64,000 nucleotides of DNA from Phoronis australis. Its lineage: Eukaryota; Animalia; Phoronida. Location: positions 1 through 64,000 of the forward strand of contig NMRA01000243.1 in the NCBI GenBank assembly GCA_002633005.1, read 5' to 3'. The notes under the pieces are model-generated. The model was not told the origin of the DNA, searched no databases, and was given only the letters and a program-made list of their open reading frames with translations. Made by a program: the position numbers and the translations under genes. Shown piece by piece: positions 25,860 to 39,880 of this stretch (position 1 is its first letter; every line of letters starts with the position of its first letter).

Positions 25860-26330
25860 TAATATAGGGGACTGCGCCGGAAGGCAACCGAGGAGCGGGG
25901 CCCATTCTATTAGAATAGTGGCTCCGCCGGAAGGCGGGCGAGGAGCGGGGCCTTCCTTATTCAATATAAGGGGCCCCGCCGAAAGACGGCCCGGCCAAAA
26001 AGTGGGGCGATCTATATAAATAACGAAGAGGGATGCGCCGGAGGGCGGCCGAAGAGCAGGTCCTCTATATTATTATAGAGGGCCCCTCCGGAAGATGGCC
26101 GAAGACGGGGTCCAACTGTATTAATGTTGGAGGCTCCACCGGAAGGCGACCGAAGAGCTACGCCCCCTATATTAATAGGCAGTCGAAGAGCGGGCTCTTG
26201 TATTAATATAGGGTGCCCTGCCTGAAGACGACCAAAGCTTGGGGCCCCTTATATCAATATCGAGCGCCCCACTCTTCGGCTACCTTCAGGTGGGAGCCTC
26301 AGTATTAACATAGGATGGTCCACCTATTGG
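25860..26330. repeat. Degenerate ~55-bp minisatellite (taatatagggg..cgccggaaggcggccgaagagcgggg)
   Basis: About 7 diverged direct copies followed by inverted copies; inverted copies also at ~27200-27320. Confidence 0.7.
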
Positions 26331-27317
26331 CCCCATCCAGGAAGATACCCTTGCGATTCTAGTGATTCTGCGTATTAACATTGATTGAAGGATTTCAATA
26401 GCATTTTAGCAGCTAATAAGCAATGCTTCACCTCTAGAATACTAGGGCCGTTACTTACACAGAATGACGGGGTACTCTGATGGGCTACCCTTGCGATTCT
26501 GCATACTAGCACTTCTAGAACACTAGGAGGGGGGGGGGGGCTAGTTACAGTGAATGACGGGCTTCTCTGAAGAGCCACCCTTGCGATTCTAGCATTTCTG
26601 CGAAGGGGAAGCAATCAAATACACATATGTTAGTATATGTAACATTTATGTTCGACAATCTAATTTGAATTAATGTATGTATAGATGCAGCAATTAGTTA
26701 CCCGGTAGTTGAGTATAAGAAGCAATCCTTATCAGGTTCAGCGGAGGACTCCCACTAAACATGTTTTTAAATGTAGAATTTGGACTATTGTTACTGAGTA
26801 CTAGAGTGTTTTAGTTTGAGGTCATTCCAAAAATCACGAAAATGAGTGCTTGAAATACTGTGCCCCGATTTTTCAAAATTCAAGAGTTGTCATCAAATAA
26901 ATAAATGTGTATGACTCTATTGTACACATACGTTCTCATGTACGTATGCAGATACATTCAATTCAACCCGTATTACAATAGTTTTGTGGAACGTACATTT
27001 TAAACTTAATCAATTTAAATTTGAAGACATGCTTTGTAGTTCGTCTTGGTTGGTTGATGTATAACACCTCTGACCACGCGACTCTGGAAACTTTGAAAAA
27101 TGCAAACTTAATTTCTATACGCAAAAACTTAAAAGTTCCCATAACCATGGATTTTTGAGACATCGTGGCGCCCCCTGTTGGGAGTCCTTAAACGGGGTGC
27201 CTATATTAATATAGCGCGCTTCGCTCTTCGGCGGCCTTAAAACTAGGCTTGATATAGAGGTCCCCGTTCTGTGGCCGCCTTCGGGTAGGACAAATTATAT
27301 TACTATAAGTGGTCCCG

Positions 27318-27420
27318 ATGACAATGATGATGATGATGATGATGATGGTGATGGTGATGATAACGATGATGTTGATTGTGTCGACGATGAGCATGATGAT
27401 AACAATCATGTGACGAATGA
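27318..27420. repeat. (GAT)n-rich microsatellite
   Basis: gatgatgatg... run; explains the poly-Ile ORF 27206-27448. Confidence 0.85.
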
Positions 27421-27536
27421 AGATGTGAGAAACGAGTAAGAAATACAATCTTATTCAATAGAAGGTAAACCGACAAAAGCGCAGCAAAAATTATTCATCA
27501 AAGGAACAGCCCCACAAGATAATCCCAGAAAATGAA

Positions 27537-28285
27537 AAAAACGAGACGCCGCAGCGAAAAATGGAAAACATTTCATGAAAGCCCGTTCACATTTCCATCT
27601 AAGAGATTAGTTTATCAAGGTTTCACAATTTTTCGAACATTGTAAAATTTTGTATTTTTTTGCAATTGAAAATCAAATAACTCATAAACGGTAAGTATGA
27701 GAAAAAATGTTACAGTTCCTCAGAGATCCCACATGCAAAACTTCCCGTCATTTGCCTTTTCTGTTCAAAACGGCTCCCAAGCACGATTGAAAATTAATAA
27801 AAATGCTTCAGATCCGCAACAACTGCGGCTTAAATAACAACCGGTAATAGCTAGATAAAGGAAACTAAAACATGAAAAATTTCGAAGCAATTGGTACAAC
27901 AATGCGTTTTGGGCCAGAAATCGAAGTGCGCTTGCAAAATGGCCGATATTTACGCCATTTTTGACCGGAAGTAAATGATTTGTAATTTATTTGTAGTACA
28001 CGTGTGGTACAATAATCGTACTAATTTTCAGCTGTGTATGTTAAAAGTTGCGGCCTCTATGAACATTTGAATCTGAATTCGAAAACAAGTTGGCCGCCAC
28101 GTCCGCCATCTTAAATCTGTTCATAATGAAAAACTATGGGGTTGCAGCTCTTCCGGAACTAGAGGTTGTCTGTGAATTTCGTGGAAAGCGGAAAAAATGC
28201 GACCTGTAGAGTGCAAACAAACAAAAACAAAGTAACACACTTAGCGAAAAATTTCACTAAGTGACAAACTTGATGGCATAACAAC
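27537..28285 (-). mobile_element. Probable Helentron-associated (HINE-like) element
   Basis: aacgag start, subterminal gcgaaaaa motif at both ends, (CAAA)n microsatellite near the right end. Confidence 0.35.
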
Positions 28286-29254
28286 ATAGCTTCTACTCAG
28301 CACAGTGAGCTTCCATGCACAGTTGATTTTTACCTGTTCTATAGTTCTTCAGTTTTTTCGATTCTGCTTTCTTTATTTTTTACAAGTCTATATCTTAACA
28401 AGATTAGCTGCGTTTCAATTTGATTAATAAACAGTTATATAACAAGATCTACAAATGGTTATATTCAGTAAAACATAATACGCTACTTTTTACTTCATTT
28501 TCAACGTCGATGACATCTGAACAGTAATACAACAAAGTAAAGAACCTGTGTGGTGAAGATTCATTGACCAGAACGCCAACCAAAATGAGCAAACTTGTAC
28601 ACATATAGATCTTTATCACAAGTATGGTAACTGTAGAGGGAAACCTATCTGCAAACAAATGTTTGATAAACTTGTAAAAAGAGAAGGTGTTGTTAGACGA
28701 ATATATCACGACGTTATATTTCAGTTGGTTCTGTGGTGAAGGTAAAGCAGTGATGAATTTCCGGGTGCCTGACACTAGCGGCCTCTAGAGACCAATGACC
28801 AACTTATTCTCCAGAATTAGTGGATTCACTAAATGTAAGACGATTCTTCATACTAGCACTGCACCTCTGAAAATAATTTACGATCATATATTCAGAATGC
28901 GTCCACGCATATATTTCTCGAAATTGATGAGCCAAACTACTCAGTTTACGTAAATAATTTAAATCCATGTTTTTGACTTTCAAAGTGATTTCGTTAATTT
29001 TTACTGACCACGTAATCATGTAGCACCTGCTAGGAAGTTATAATGAGCAGAAACAGAACTGTAAATGACTGAATTTTAAACAATGGTGGCTATTAATTGC
29101 ATAAATTATGGAAATTTATCATGCAACAACCTGCAAACTGGTTTCATATAGAAACACGTAACATGAGGGCTAATATCAAAATAATTAGCCTGTGGCGCGG
29201 TACATAAGGGCCATTTTTGTCGACTGGAGAACTGGGTCACGTGTTGTCTGATAA

Positions 29255-29748
29255 TATGTCAATTTCGCCGTGGGTCAAAAAGCGGAACATTTTAATGGTG
29301 TGGCGGGATGGCGGGAAAATTAAAAAGTTGACCTGTCTGCCCAGAGTTTGACAAGTGGCAAGTACAACGAACGCAGTCTGTAACACAAAATGGATTGGAT
29401 TCTTTTACAAGGACAATTTTTCATTTTCTCATTAAATTTCACGGTTATAGGTAAATACTGCAGATAACACTACTGTTCAGAAATCGAATGGAGAATGATC
29501 ATATAAACAATGCACAAATGAATGACCTGTGTGTTGGCACTTGTCCTAAATTGTTGTAATGATCCTGATGATGTCTAATGAATAGATGAAACGTTGATTT
29601 AACATGAACTTTTTTAGTTGTGCGGCGATCGTCCGGTTTTTAATCTTACTGTGGCCAAAAACTGATTTAATTAACAAATGAATTGTTACAGAAACAATAG
29701 AAAACAGTAATGATATACACATGCACACGCACACGCACACGCACACGC

Positions 29749-29786
<38 letters not shown>

Positions 29787-29880
29787 GCACGATTACCTAC
29801 GCAAATAACTACGCGAGCAGATCTTCCAAAGTTCCGTAACCACACCTGTTAGTAGAGTCTAAGCTTTCCATTTATGATTA
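29255..29880 (+). repeat. Interspersed repeat carrying a (CA)n/(CACACG)n microsatellite
   Basis: aatttcgccgtg...ggtgtggcgggatggcgggaaaatt...(CA)n...cacacctgt.agtag shared with 51270-52030; the distal part is also at 3745-4110. Confidence 0.7.
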
Positions 29881-32800
29881 CATTAAACAAGGTGATAACA
29901 TACATATAGAGTTGCAAGCTTTCGTGATTCAAGCTACTGCTCATACACATCAAATGGAATGTTAAATCCCCAGCCAAAACTGAGGTTTCAAAAAACAGTC
30001 AGCTAAGTGTGAAGGTACTCTGATCATCTGCTCCTACATTTGCGTTATGTATATACTGTGGCAACGACTGTTATATGCAAGTTTTCAAAAATGCTAGGAG
30101 ACTGGAACGTCACAGTATTAGATGCAAGGTCGCTCTCTGATTCGCCACCTGCTGATGCACAATATCAAAGAATTATTATCTGGGTTTCTATTGTTTGTTT
30201 TAAACACACGAAAACTGTTATTCTTGTGTTTTGTCATAAGATTCGAAAGTTAAAAACAAAATTTACTTGCGAGACTTTAAAGTTCTAGTCCTGGTTATAC
30301 CGTTTTATCACAGCTTGGGATGTTATACATCCAGCCTAGTCACATGTGTGGCGAAGATACGTTGAACAATACGCCAACCAAAACGAAAGAACTTGTACAC
30401 CTGTATAGATCTTTATCACAAGTACCGTAACTTTAGAGAGAAACTACGCAAATAAATGTTTGGTAAATTATCAAAAAAATATAGCTGCCTAGCTATAGAT
30501 TCATTATTGATTCACTTTTCAAGCTGTACTTTTGCAACTTCAGAAACTGCACAAAGAGCTCTGCTTGAAAAACATAATTTACGTTATCTGAGTTAAAGTG
30601 ATTTTTCGGTTGGTTGCATTCCAGTCGTGAAAACCTATATCAACCAGTTCATTGTTTTTTCAACCGTCATTGTAGGAGTTGGTGGACTTTATACCATGAA
30701 CCTAATTGCGATACAAATACTGCTTGAATGATTTTCAATACCGGGTGAGCCCTACAAATTCACCGACGCGAATACATGGAGGTCGTTTCAGCGTACACAT
30801 AGGTAGGTTAAAAGTGACCCGGACAATGAGCTTTGCGTTGCTGCAGACGTCAGAGACACTATACCATTTTAAGTGCTTTGTTTTTTGATGAAAATAAAGA
30901 CTGAGAAAACTGAGAAAAAACTGTCGCTCACGTATCATTTGCATAGATGCCCCACAAAATATAGCCGAAAGAGAATAAAACTATAGACCCATTCGAATCG
31001 ACTAGCTGCTGTACTCGTCCCTAAGAATTTGACTCATTCATCACAAAAGAGAGACAAACTACTAGGAATACCCAAAATTTTCAGAATACTTTAATCTTTG
31101 TGAAACTATAATCATTTACAATTTCCTTGATAAAGTTGTCATCTGGGACGGCGGGGACAACTGAGTTAAGCGGCATCAAGGTAATTGGAGTTCCCTACTT
31201 GTGGGATGTTCCTCGGGAAAGTAAACAGAGCCAATTGAAAGTGGGCTCAAATTCGGAGATGTCACAACCCCGACAAACGCAACGCCTCAACATTCCTTAG
31301 TTTACTATAATCACGGGAACTCTTGCAGCACTCTGACAATTTTCCACTATAAAAACAATGGAGTGATTTGTTCTCTCGTTTGGACGTAATGAAGAACGAC
31401 CAATGAATGCTAATAATTCGAGATCAGGTAATTTATACATCATCACATTGTTTGCGGGGGTTCTCATGTCAGCTAATCGACTGGTGGTGCTGACAAAAAT
31501 AAAGACTTCAAAACTATGTATTAATTAAAACGGCGACGCGCCGGCTGTCGGTAGGGCGCTGTCACTGTGCGTCTGTTGTTCGCTGATTGCTATCCTTTAT
31601 ATTGACGAAGCGTGACACTTACTGGCCATTGCTTTATACTGCCCAAGGAAGTGCGTACAATGAACAATAAGTTTCTCATCATGACAAAATCAAACCTTTC
31701 TTGTTGTAAAGCACTTCTGCCGGTATCGACGTTATAGACGTGCAGTGCAGCTACCTAAGAATTTTGTCACGCTGCTACGGCGACTCCGTCCCTGACAAAT
31801 GGCTTCAACTAGTAGACAGTCTCTGCTGAGCAAGCAACTAAAATGAGTGCACTTGTCGTGGAAAACAACTTTACCAAGCTAAGTTTTTAAATTTTAGTGG
31901 CGACCACATAGTTGGGATCTATATAATTCAGTGAGGCGTTTCGCCTACGACTGGTTTTTTCCGGTCATATACTTACTTTAATAATGGCTGGCGACTGGCA
32001 TGTTTCTCGCGCTAAATTTCCACATGCGATTACCCCTGAAGAGTTTGCCGACCACACGGTGGAAGTGGAAGAGAGGCAATTAAGAACCTGATTCCGGAAC
32101 AACGATTCCTCTAAAAGAAATCTCTGAGTCACTTTTTGTATAGCACGGGAGACCATGGTGATCGTGAACGACTTGTAACGGGGAATAAGGCAAATGGCAA
32201 AGCTTACAGTATTTGGAAAGGCATTTGAATTCAAACCACGCCTTCTTTAACGTGCGATAGAAGATTAGGTGGCCTGTGTTCATCTTTTGCACGCCTGCAT
32301 CACATGTACTCTATTGTTATTTAACCAAGCGTCCGCATTATAGAAAGGAGAACACGTTGAGCTGGGGAGATAAAGGGTTTGACGTCGAAGCGTCCAATAT
32401 ACGGTAAGTAACTTCTAGCGTTCTTCTCTTGAAAAACGATAACACTCAACGACCTAACACTCAAAGCGGCTATCAACACACATTCTGCCAAAAATTAACT
32501 TTTAATTATAAATCTGGTCTTAACTCGTCCCTTAACCAGATAAGATGTGATTCCTGGGATTGGAAGTGCCTGTTAATTCGCATTTGCTCGAGACCAGACT
32601 CGATTAGTTGCAAGTTTGTCATAACGGGCAAATTTGTGTTTCAACCATGGTCTGATACGCGACACCGACAGCATTGTCGCGTCATCCCTTGCGTAAAATC
32701 ATCAGTTTAAGTTCTTCGGCTGAGCACTCAAAAATATTTATTAGCTTTCGGTTTTTCAATCAGTTTACCAAAAGCCAGTCAAGCGATCTTTATTTGTTAT

Positions 32801-33127
32801 TTGAAATGTTGAGCAAACTATGACTATGTACTTGTGTTGTGATTAATTTTCGTACGTAATGCAGATGCACAGACATTCTGTTGATAACTTTTTAGTTATT
32901 TCCATAAGAGACGCGCGAAGTAAAGAGTTCTCACCATGCATTTTCTTAGTTTTTAAGGTTTCAGTTCGCTAACCAAATAAGCACTTTTTATGCCAAATAG
33001 TCGAGAATTTTTCGATTTTGAAAAAAAATAGTTATTTCTAAGTTTCCCGCCAAATGATGTAATGGGTGGAAGACGTTTGGTCACTTGAAATTCAATTGCA
33101 ATGGCGGAATACAGCAGATCAGAAGAC

Positions 33128-33280
33128 GAGGATCTGTCTTAGGCCCCATGTCATGAACATTTTTATCAATGATATATTTTACGCTATAAGCGGTCACTGT
33201 AAGTTATGTAATTACGCTGATGACAATACCCTTATGTAAGCAGGCTCCTCTTTATCTGCAGTTCGCCTCAGCCTCAAGGT
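33128..33280 (+). mobile_element. CR1/L2-group LINE reverse transcriptase fragment
   Basis: GSVLGP / NIFINDIFYAISGHCKLCNYADDNTL (YADD catalytic motif), frameshifted. Confidence 0.75.
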
Positions 33281-33480
33281 AAATATCAGAAAGTAATACA
33301 CGCTAGTGTTGGCTTGCAAATTTTGGGCAACCGACCCCCATGAGATTCAGCATGTCCCAAAGTATCTGTGTACCAAATTTGGTGCTTTAATCCGGGGTGT
33401 AAATGTTTTGGGGTTTTTGGCTGCTAAGGGACCGGACTAAAATGCCCTTATGTATACTTATACCATTTTCAGGCGACAAT

Positions 33481-33588
33481 ATGACCGATTGCACGTATGA
33501 CGCCATTGTAGTGGGAGCTGGTATAGAGGGCTCAGCTATTGCGTATACTTTAGCTAAGAATGGGCTGCAAACGCTGCTGCTTGAAAAA
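33481..33588 (+). CDS. PIPOX: PIPOX-like right gene, first coding exon (FAD-binding GxGxxG)
   Basis: [36 protein letters not shown]|gtgagt; acceptor ttttcag 8 nt upstream of the ATG implies a 5'UTR exon. Confidence 0.92.
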
Positions 33589-33631
33589 GTGAGTATTGCG
33601 TATTCAGTATGTTTTCTTTCTGATTGCGTAT

Positions 33632-33830
33632 AGGAGGCATTGTGGCCCAGTGGGATAAATGTCTACTTCATTTATTCAAGGTTGTGGGTGCGAGTTCCAC
33701 TCGGGCTTACAGCTCGGTTATATCTATATATTTTACCATGAAAAGTCACTGGGCCCACCTCTGCAGCCTGCGCACGTCTCGTACAAGGTGTGCCAGACAG
33801 CCTGTAATTTATATATTAAAACGCTGAAAG
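33632..33830 (+). mobile_element. tRNA-derived SINE-like element
   Basis: A-box-like gtggcccagtgg and B-box-like ggtgcgagttcc followed by a non-tRNA body. Confidence 0.45.
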
Positions 33831-36057
33831 AGGGTCCGGGTGCCTGTCGGACAAATAGAACTCGGACACCCGCACTCACCCGATGCCTCCTTTCATTTCG
33901 TTCCCGCGACGGAAAAGCATCGGGTTTTGCGGTCGTAAAATCCCTGCGTGTTTGTTTTCTTTGTCTTACCAAGTCGTGGATTCAAATCCGGCGAACGCGC
34001 TTCTTTGTCGAAGCCAAGTAGGCCTACTAAGTTTTCGGAGGTGTTCGTCCGCCGCCTAGTGTATTTACCGCACAGATACTATAAAATCTTTGTCTACCGT
34101 TAACGCCTACCATGTTGTGTGCTACATCAATATTTGGCAGCGAACGAAATCAACAAGACGATTTGACCGTTGAATAATTTTCCGAAATTCGAGTGCAGTA
34201 AATGCGTGGCCTCGACATTTCACGCTCACTAGTTCACTGCCGCGTATGAGTACTCCATGTATTGCGGTCGCGAGCATTCACATTCTGCGAACCCACGACG
34301 ACTGGGCTGTGCGAGTTCCTCGACTCTACTTCACGTTAGAAGTACTCATATATTAAAGGTAAGTGTCCTAGATACCAATCTTTATTCCAGTCTTTAGCTC
34401 AGTGCCAAAGATAGGACCACTTTCTGCAAAAAGCGTCCACTCATGGTGGGGTTTTCCTGGCTACTGTCAACTGTGTAAAAGTTTCGTGTTTCTCCAGTTG
34501 AGTCTAACTTGTTTAGCTGTATATCACAAGTTGGGCGGATGACCGCTGTAGCCAATTAGGGTTGGAGGGTCAACTCTCTTTTGTTCGATAATTGCTCTAA
34601 TCTCCGATAAGATCGTATCTTATATCCTCACTGGGCTGTGCTGTTAAAACAAGTTAATTAAGTTATAAAATGTTTGAACATAAACCAATGGCATTATCTG
34701 AATTGCCCATCAAATACTGATCAAGCTTATAGTTTTTGAATCACCAAAATCGCCCAACTACAATCGAAGTTAAGACAATCTATTCTGTCCGAACGTAAAC
34801 CGACGTACTGGGTTTGACTGTGTTCACATGTGACCGGTTATGAGCCTGGTAGATTATTTATCTGCATGTTGTCCAACCAGTTGTCCTCGGCAGTTAACAA
34901 TGGAGCTAGATGTTATCACACGCTCACAACTTCTGAACTGAATGGGAGAACGTCCTTATGAACTTCAAAACCCTGTCAATTATTCATATGACCCCAATGA
35001 GGTGATTTTTCACAATAGTTCACATTAGACGCCATTAAAAGCGACCCGGGTCATATTCTAATTTTACAAAGTTACCGGGATCATTGTTTAACACTCATTG
35101 GGACAACACGAAAGTACGTCTCGAGTGAGCGGCACGTCTCCTAGATATAATGTATTTGCATCGAGCGACACGGATTAAATGATATATTTGTGTGATCTTA
35201 GTGGTTTCTCTTAAAAAAACGAAAAAATAAAACGCTCGCAGTGGATTGACAAGCGTGGAGCCGCTCAGGCCACTCGAAAATCTGCCAGTGGTTGCGATCT
35301 CCTAATATATGTGACCCACCACGACAAAATGAGTCTGAAGTCGGAAACTCAATTTCCTGACAAGACTGCAAACAGTAGCTATCGTTTAAAATTAGGTCAA
35401 TTTTTTTTATTGCAGATTATGATTATTTATTCATTCTACTCCACAAAACAATACTTTAAAACGATCAAACTTCATTTTAAACCTTATTTATTTCATTTTG
35501 AAAAACATCACCTTCTCCACGACTGCATATCTCGTGAAATTTTCATCGAAATTTGCCGGTTTTCGTGTCCTCATTGATCAGTCTTCCGATGACCCAATTT
35601 CGCTCGTAAACACATCAACAGAAAGGTCAAACTCTGCTCATTATGCATGTAGTAATCTCTTTGAGTTTTTCGTCCAATCATAAGTCGTTATTTCACTTTT
35701 TGCATTCGGGGTATTTTCAACAGAAGTGTCACTCACCAGTCTTTTAGCTAGCAACGACCTTTTAACCCAATGCATCGCTGACCTCATTCGCTAGAACTAG
35801 TTAAGTGGGCGTGAAACCGTGAGGTCGCGAGCTAGGTCACGGCATGTTTTCAAGACAGTAAGATGGCTGGTCGCCGTGTAGCTGATATCTCAATGATTAA
35901 CTCTTGCCTCTGACTGCCGTATCAAGATCAGCGAGAATTAACTGAACTCAACAGAGCACATTTGTTGATTGAGACAAGGAGGAATTTCGTGACAGCGACG
36001 AGTCGTCTGACGGCAGCAACTCGTCGCCAGATGAGTTTCATGATCGACCCATCGCGA

Positions 36058-36139
36058 NNNNNNNNNNNNNNNNNNNNNNNNNNNNNNNNNNNNNNNNNNN
36101 NNNNNNNNNNNNNNNNNNNNNNNNNNNNNNNNNNNNNNN
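36058..36139. other. Assembly gap (N run)
   Basis: Run of n. Confidence 0.99.
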
Positions 36140-36819
36140 ATGGAATTGGTTTTGTGTGGTACCTCGAATGTATGTGCTAGCTCATTTTTGGGGGGTCCTT
36201 TTTTGGTTTCTGCCGGACCCATTCCAGAGTGCAATTTGTCTGTCATGGGTCATTTGGTGTTCAGTGCGGTACTATTCTTCGTTTTAAATCAGTTTTGGTT
36301 GGTACCTCGAATATCTAGTCTAGCTTATTTTTTGGGCTGTTTGTAAGGCCCCCTGGGGTCACACCCAGAGTGCAGACAACGGCAGACGTCCATTTCTGTA
36401 ATACTGAGGTGGACTTTAAATGCTCCCGTGGTCAGATGTTGGTACCTCGTTCATCTATGCTAAGTGCTCTGGGCTGCCGGTCTATAAGTCAGAGTCAATA
36501 GAGATGATATAGTCATTAATAAACGTGACAGAATGTTTCGAAACTACTGCCTGTAAGTTAACTATTTGCGTCTTTGGACTGGTACAGAATAACATCCACT
36601 GGTTTATTTTTTGAAGACTTAAGTTTTTGTTTCGTGTTGTAAACGTGAGTACAGCGTCGTTGGGTAGAAGCCATTTTAATCAAGATCCGTTTTAATCCTG
36701 ACCCATATCAAACTACAAAACTAGGTCAAAGACAGAAAATAGGTCACAGGAAACAAAAACAGAACGACTAACTAGATACCTAATGACACTGAGTACACTG
36801 TACATACCGTGACCATAAA

Positions 36820-37895
36820 GTATGCTACCTAGACTATCCAAAGTAGGATTTTCCGTGAGCCGTAACTGGACTCGACCTGGCAGACACCCTTTGTTATGGG
36901 CAAACACAAAGACCCTATGTTGGGAGCTACTCGAACCTGGCGGGAGCATCGGCAAACCTCAGGCCTTGGAATTTCCCTCTTTTAAGAGGATTTCCTTTTT
37001 TTGATTTCGATTTCTTCTTATTTGATTTCCAGTTTCCTCTTTTTTATTTCAATTAATAGTCATTTTCACTTAATTCGTGAAAAAGCGTTTATTTGAGTTA
37101 AATTTTACAACACAAAAATTGGAAAGTTTTCGTCTTTTTGTCATGGGTCATTCCAAGCCCTGGAACCTGTTGAAGCGACAGGCTAAACGTAGACCTGGAG
37201 AACACTCTGATACATCAAAATGGCCATCAACTATACTTGATCTTACGTTATCTTTCTTTTCTCTTTTACAGGTGCCGGTTGCTACATAAATCATCTCAAG
37301 ATTGGAAATACCTTTTTGTAAATAATTGATTAAAAATCTCGATTACTGGTTCAAAATGTCATTTTCATAATGGTGTAAGAGGGGATAAGAATTCTATTGG
37401 GCATATTTACTCTGCCAGTCTGAAGGACATTGAACTTTTCTGTCTCCGAACACTACTCCATATACCCGGTCAAACATCATCAGCGTACTCTATAGGGTCA
37501 GGAACTGGATTCGTTAGTGAGGTGTGCATTAGCCTGACTCCAATTAATGGACGACAATACAGTGTGAGATGTATGTCTCATAGAAGCTGCCGTATTCCTG
37601 ATGCAAAGGCCCCTGCGCTCCCTCTTTATCACAATCTGTTCGCACAGCAACCGACTCAACGCTCTACTATGAAGAGAATAGTTGCAAGATGGTTTGATTG
37701 AGTATTTTGTTCATAACAGCTACCCACGTAAAGGGCCCATTCATGAATGTATCTATACATGAGAACTTGAAGTATTATAATAAAGACACATTGTGTGTAT
37801 GTACTTCGTGATATTGTCACGGCGAAATAACAACAACGAAATGCGATATTTAATATCAAATGATACTTAAAAACCATTGACAACAGCTAAGCTTT
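36820..37895. repeat. ~1.1-kb interspersed repeat with an inverted copy at 60630-61650
   Basis: e.g. ctcaagattggaaata / tatttccaatcttgag, gggcatatttactctg / cagagtaaatatgccc, acgctctactat / atagtagagcgt. Confidence 0.75.
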
Positions 37896-38149
37896 TACGT
37901 GATATTTTGTGTTTATTAACTTAAGTATGTATCACCATGGCAACTTCCATGTCTAGCATAAACACAGCGGAAGCTAATTCCCGAACACCAGGTAGTACCC
38001 GTGCGAAACGCGCGTTCCAGCCAGTTGTATGTAATATTCTTATGGCGTAAAAATTTCGTCTGCCAGAGACTTATGTTCAGAGACTTATTAACACCGTTAC
38101 TGGGTTTCCGAACTAAAAGTTGATAAACAACTAGGCTTGCATTTGATAA

Positions 38150-38950
38150 TTCCATTGCTATAGTTCATGAACACCTGGACAATAACACCTACCCACTTCC
38201 ATTTTATGGACTAATCCAAGGCATTAGACACTATAGACCATTAAAATACCAAGGAAATACTGGACACGAGATTACGATATTCTGTTTGACACTATCTCCT
38301 TCCCATACCTAATATTAATGCCAGTGTTCCACAGGGAGTAAATATTAGACCCTTTACAATTTCTTATATAAGTCAGTGACATAATATTCCCATTTGGCGC
38401 CAAACATAATTCAATGAGGCATTCACTGTTTCGCCCCCAAGAATAAACGAAAATAGAAACATGGAGCTCCACATTGACTCTAAAACTAACAGATTGCAAA
38501 ATGTCAATAACTAGTTGACTGTAAACTCTATCTTAACACAGTGAAACTTAAATATATGTTTCTTCATTATCGCCAGAAAGGCACAAATGACGTACGCCCA
38601 CAACAATTAAAATTAACTCCACTGAAATATACAAAAATGGTTGATAATTTCAAATTCTTATTGGAATTTATTTAAATAGTTGATTGTCCTGGACAAAACA
38701 CGTACTCGAAATTTCCAATAAAATATCAAGAACAAACAGCATATTAGTATATTGAAACTTTATATTCTAATCCACTTTTTATTCACAGTTCCTTAATTTC
38801 ATCAAATTTATCATTTGGTATATGGCTGTGGGTTTTCAACAAAAGTCATTGCTTAAGACGTTTGCAAAAGCAAGCTTCGCGACATGTTTCTATGTCGCCT
38901 TCTTCTCGCATTAGCACACTATAAATTTCAAACTTTCAAAAACACTGTTT
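38150..38950 (+). mobile_element. Highly degraded CR1/L2-group LINE RT fragment
   Basis: SVPQG.ILDPLQFLI-like motif, KLKYMFLH, FKFLG...LSWTKHV.EISNKISR with stops and frameshifts. Confidence 0.65.
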
Positions 38951-39599
38951 CTTCGATAAATTTAAACTGTCTTGCTTAACGTTTTATTGCAAATTTATCA
39001 ATAATCGTCTTCCACAAAATTTCCATGACTCTAGCCTTCTGTAAAAATTCCAACCAAGATGAAATATTCCTAGAAAGGAAACATTTCCTTCTCATAACAG
39101 AAAACTTTTTGACCTCAAATGTCACCTTAGAAGTGAGCTTCATCTTACATTCTGACCCAAACATGCCTTCACTGTTTATTGAGAGGGTGCACGCAAACAA
39201 ACTGTGCGACTTGGTTGCTCCTTTCCAACAGCGGCGTTTTGTTACTAGAAAACTTCTATTTGTATGAAATTACATGAATTTTAAACCCTGTCATAGGTTG
39301 CTGCATGCACAACCTACATTCAAAAAACAGCATTTTGGTGAAATAGCGTTACACGTTTCCTTAATCATAAATACCAGCAATTGAAAATATGGACCAAATC
39401 AAGTGATATGTATCGTGCTATGTTGTTGTCTTTGTTATGAAACTACAAGCCAGGGCTAAAGGTTACGTGATGAAATGCTTGTCTGCATCACAAATGAATA
39501 CAGCGGAGCTGAGAGTTCTGCAAGCGTGAGAACAATTGATGAACATGACGGCTAGGCCATTCATTATCGTAAGCTGTCAGCAGTTCGGCTACTTAATGC

Positions 39600-39880
39600 G
39601 GTTGACTTGAGGCAGACAGCACAGGTCGTAACTATCCGTCTGGTCCTAGCTGGCCATTCAACGATTCGAAGTTTTGAGCCTTTCCATAGATAACTAATAC
39701 ATTCACTCTCCTAGCGTCCAGGTCTGTATAAACGACCTTAACCACCTAGCAGCTGGAAGAACTGTTCGTGTTAACTGGGTTAAAACCCATGTTGGCATTG
39801 ACGGTAACAAAGCTGCTGACAAAAATGGAGCAAGTGCACCCTCTTTTATACCAGAACCTTGCTTACCTATAGGAGCTACA
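39600..39880 (+). mobile_element. Non-LTR retrotransposon RNase H fragment (I/Loa-like)
   Basis: CINDLNHLAAGRTVRVNWVKTHVGIDGNKAADK...IPEPCLPI matches WV..H.GI.GNE.AD...GPEP. Confidence 0.7.

Noticed and set aside
25860-26330. Regularly spaced repeats resembling a CRISPR array
   Set aside because: Whole units are homologous and degenerate with no unique spacers or cas genes; eukaryotic minisatellite
27206-27448. Hydrophobic poly-Ile ORF
   Set aside because: Reverse translation of a (GAT)n microsatellite
29546-29845. (CV)n Cys-rich ORF (also CVRA repeats at 58398-58665)
   Set aside because: Microsatellite translation
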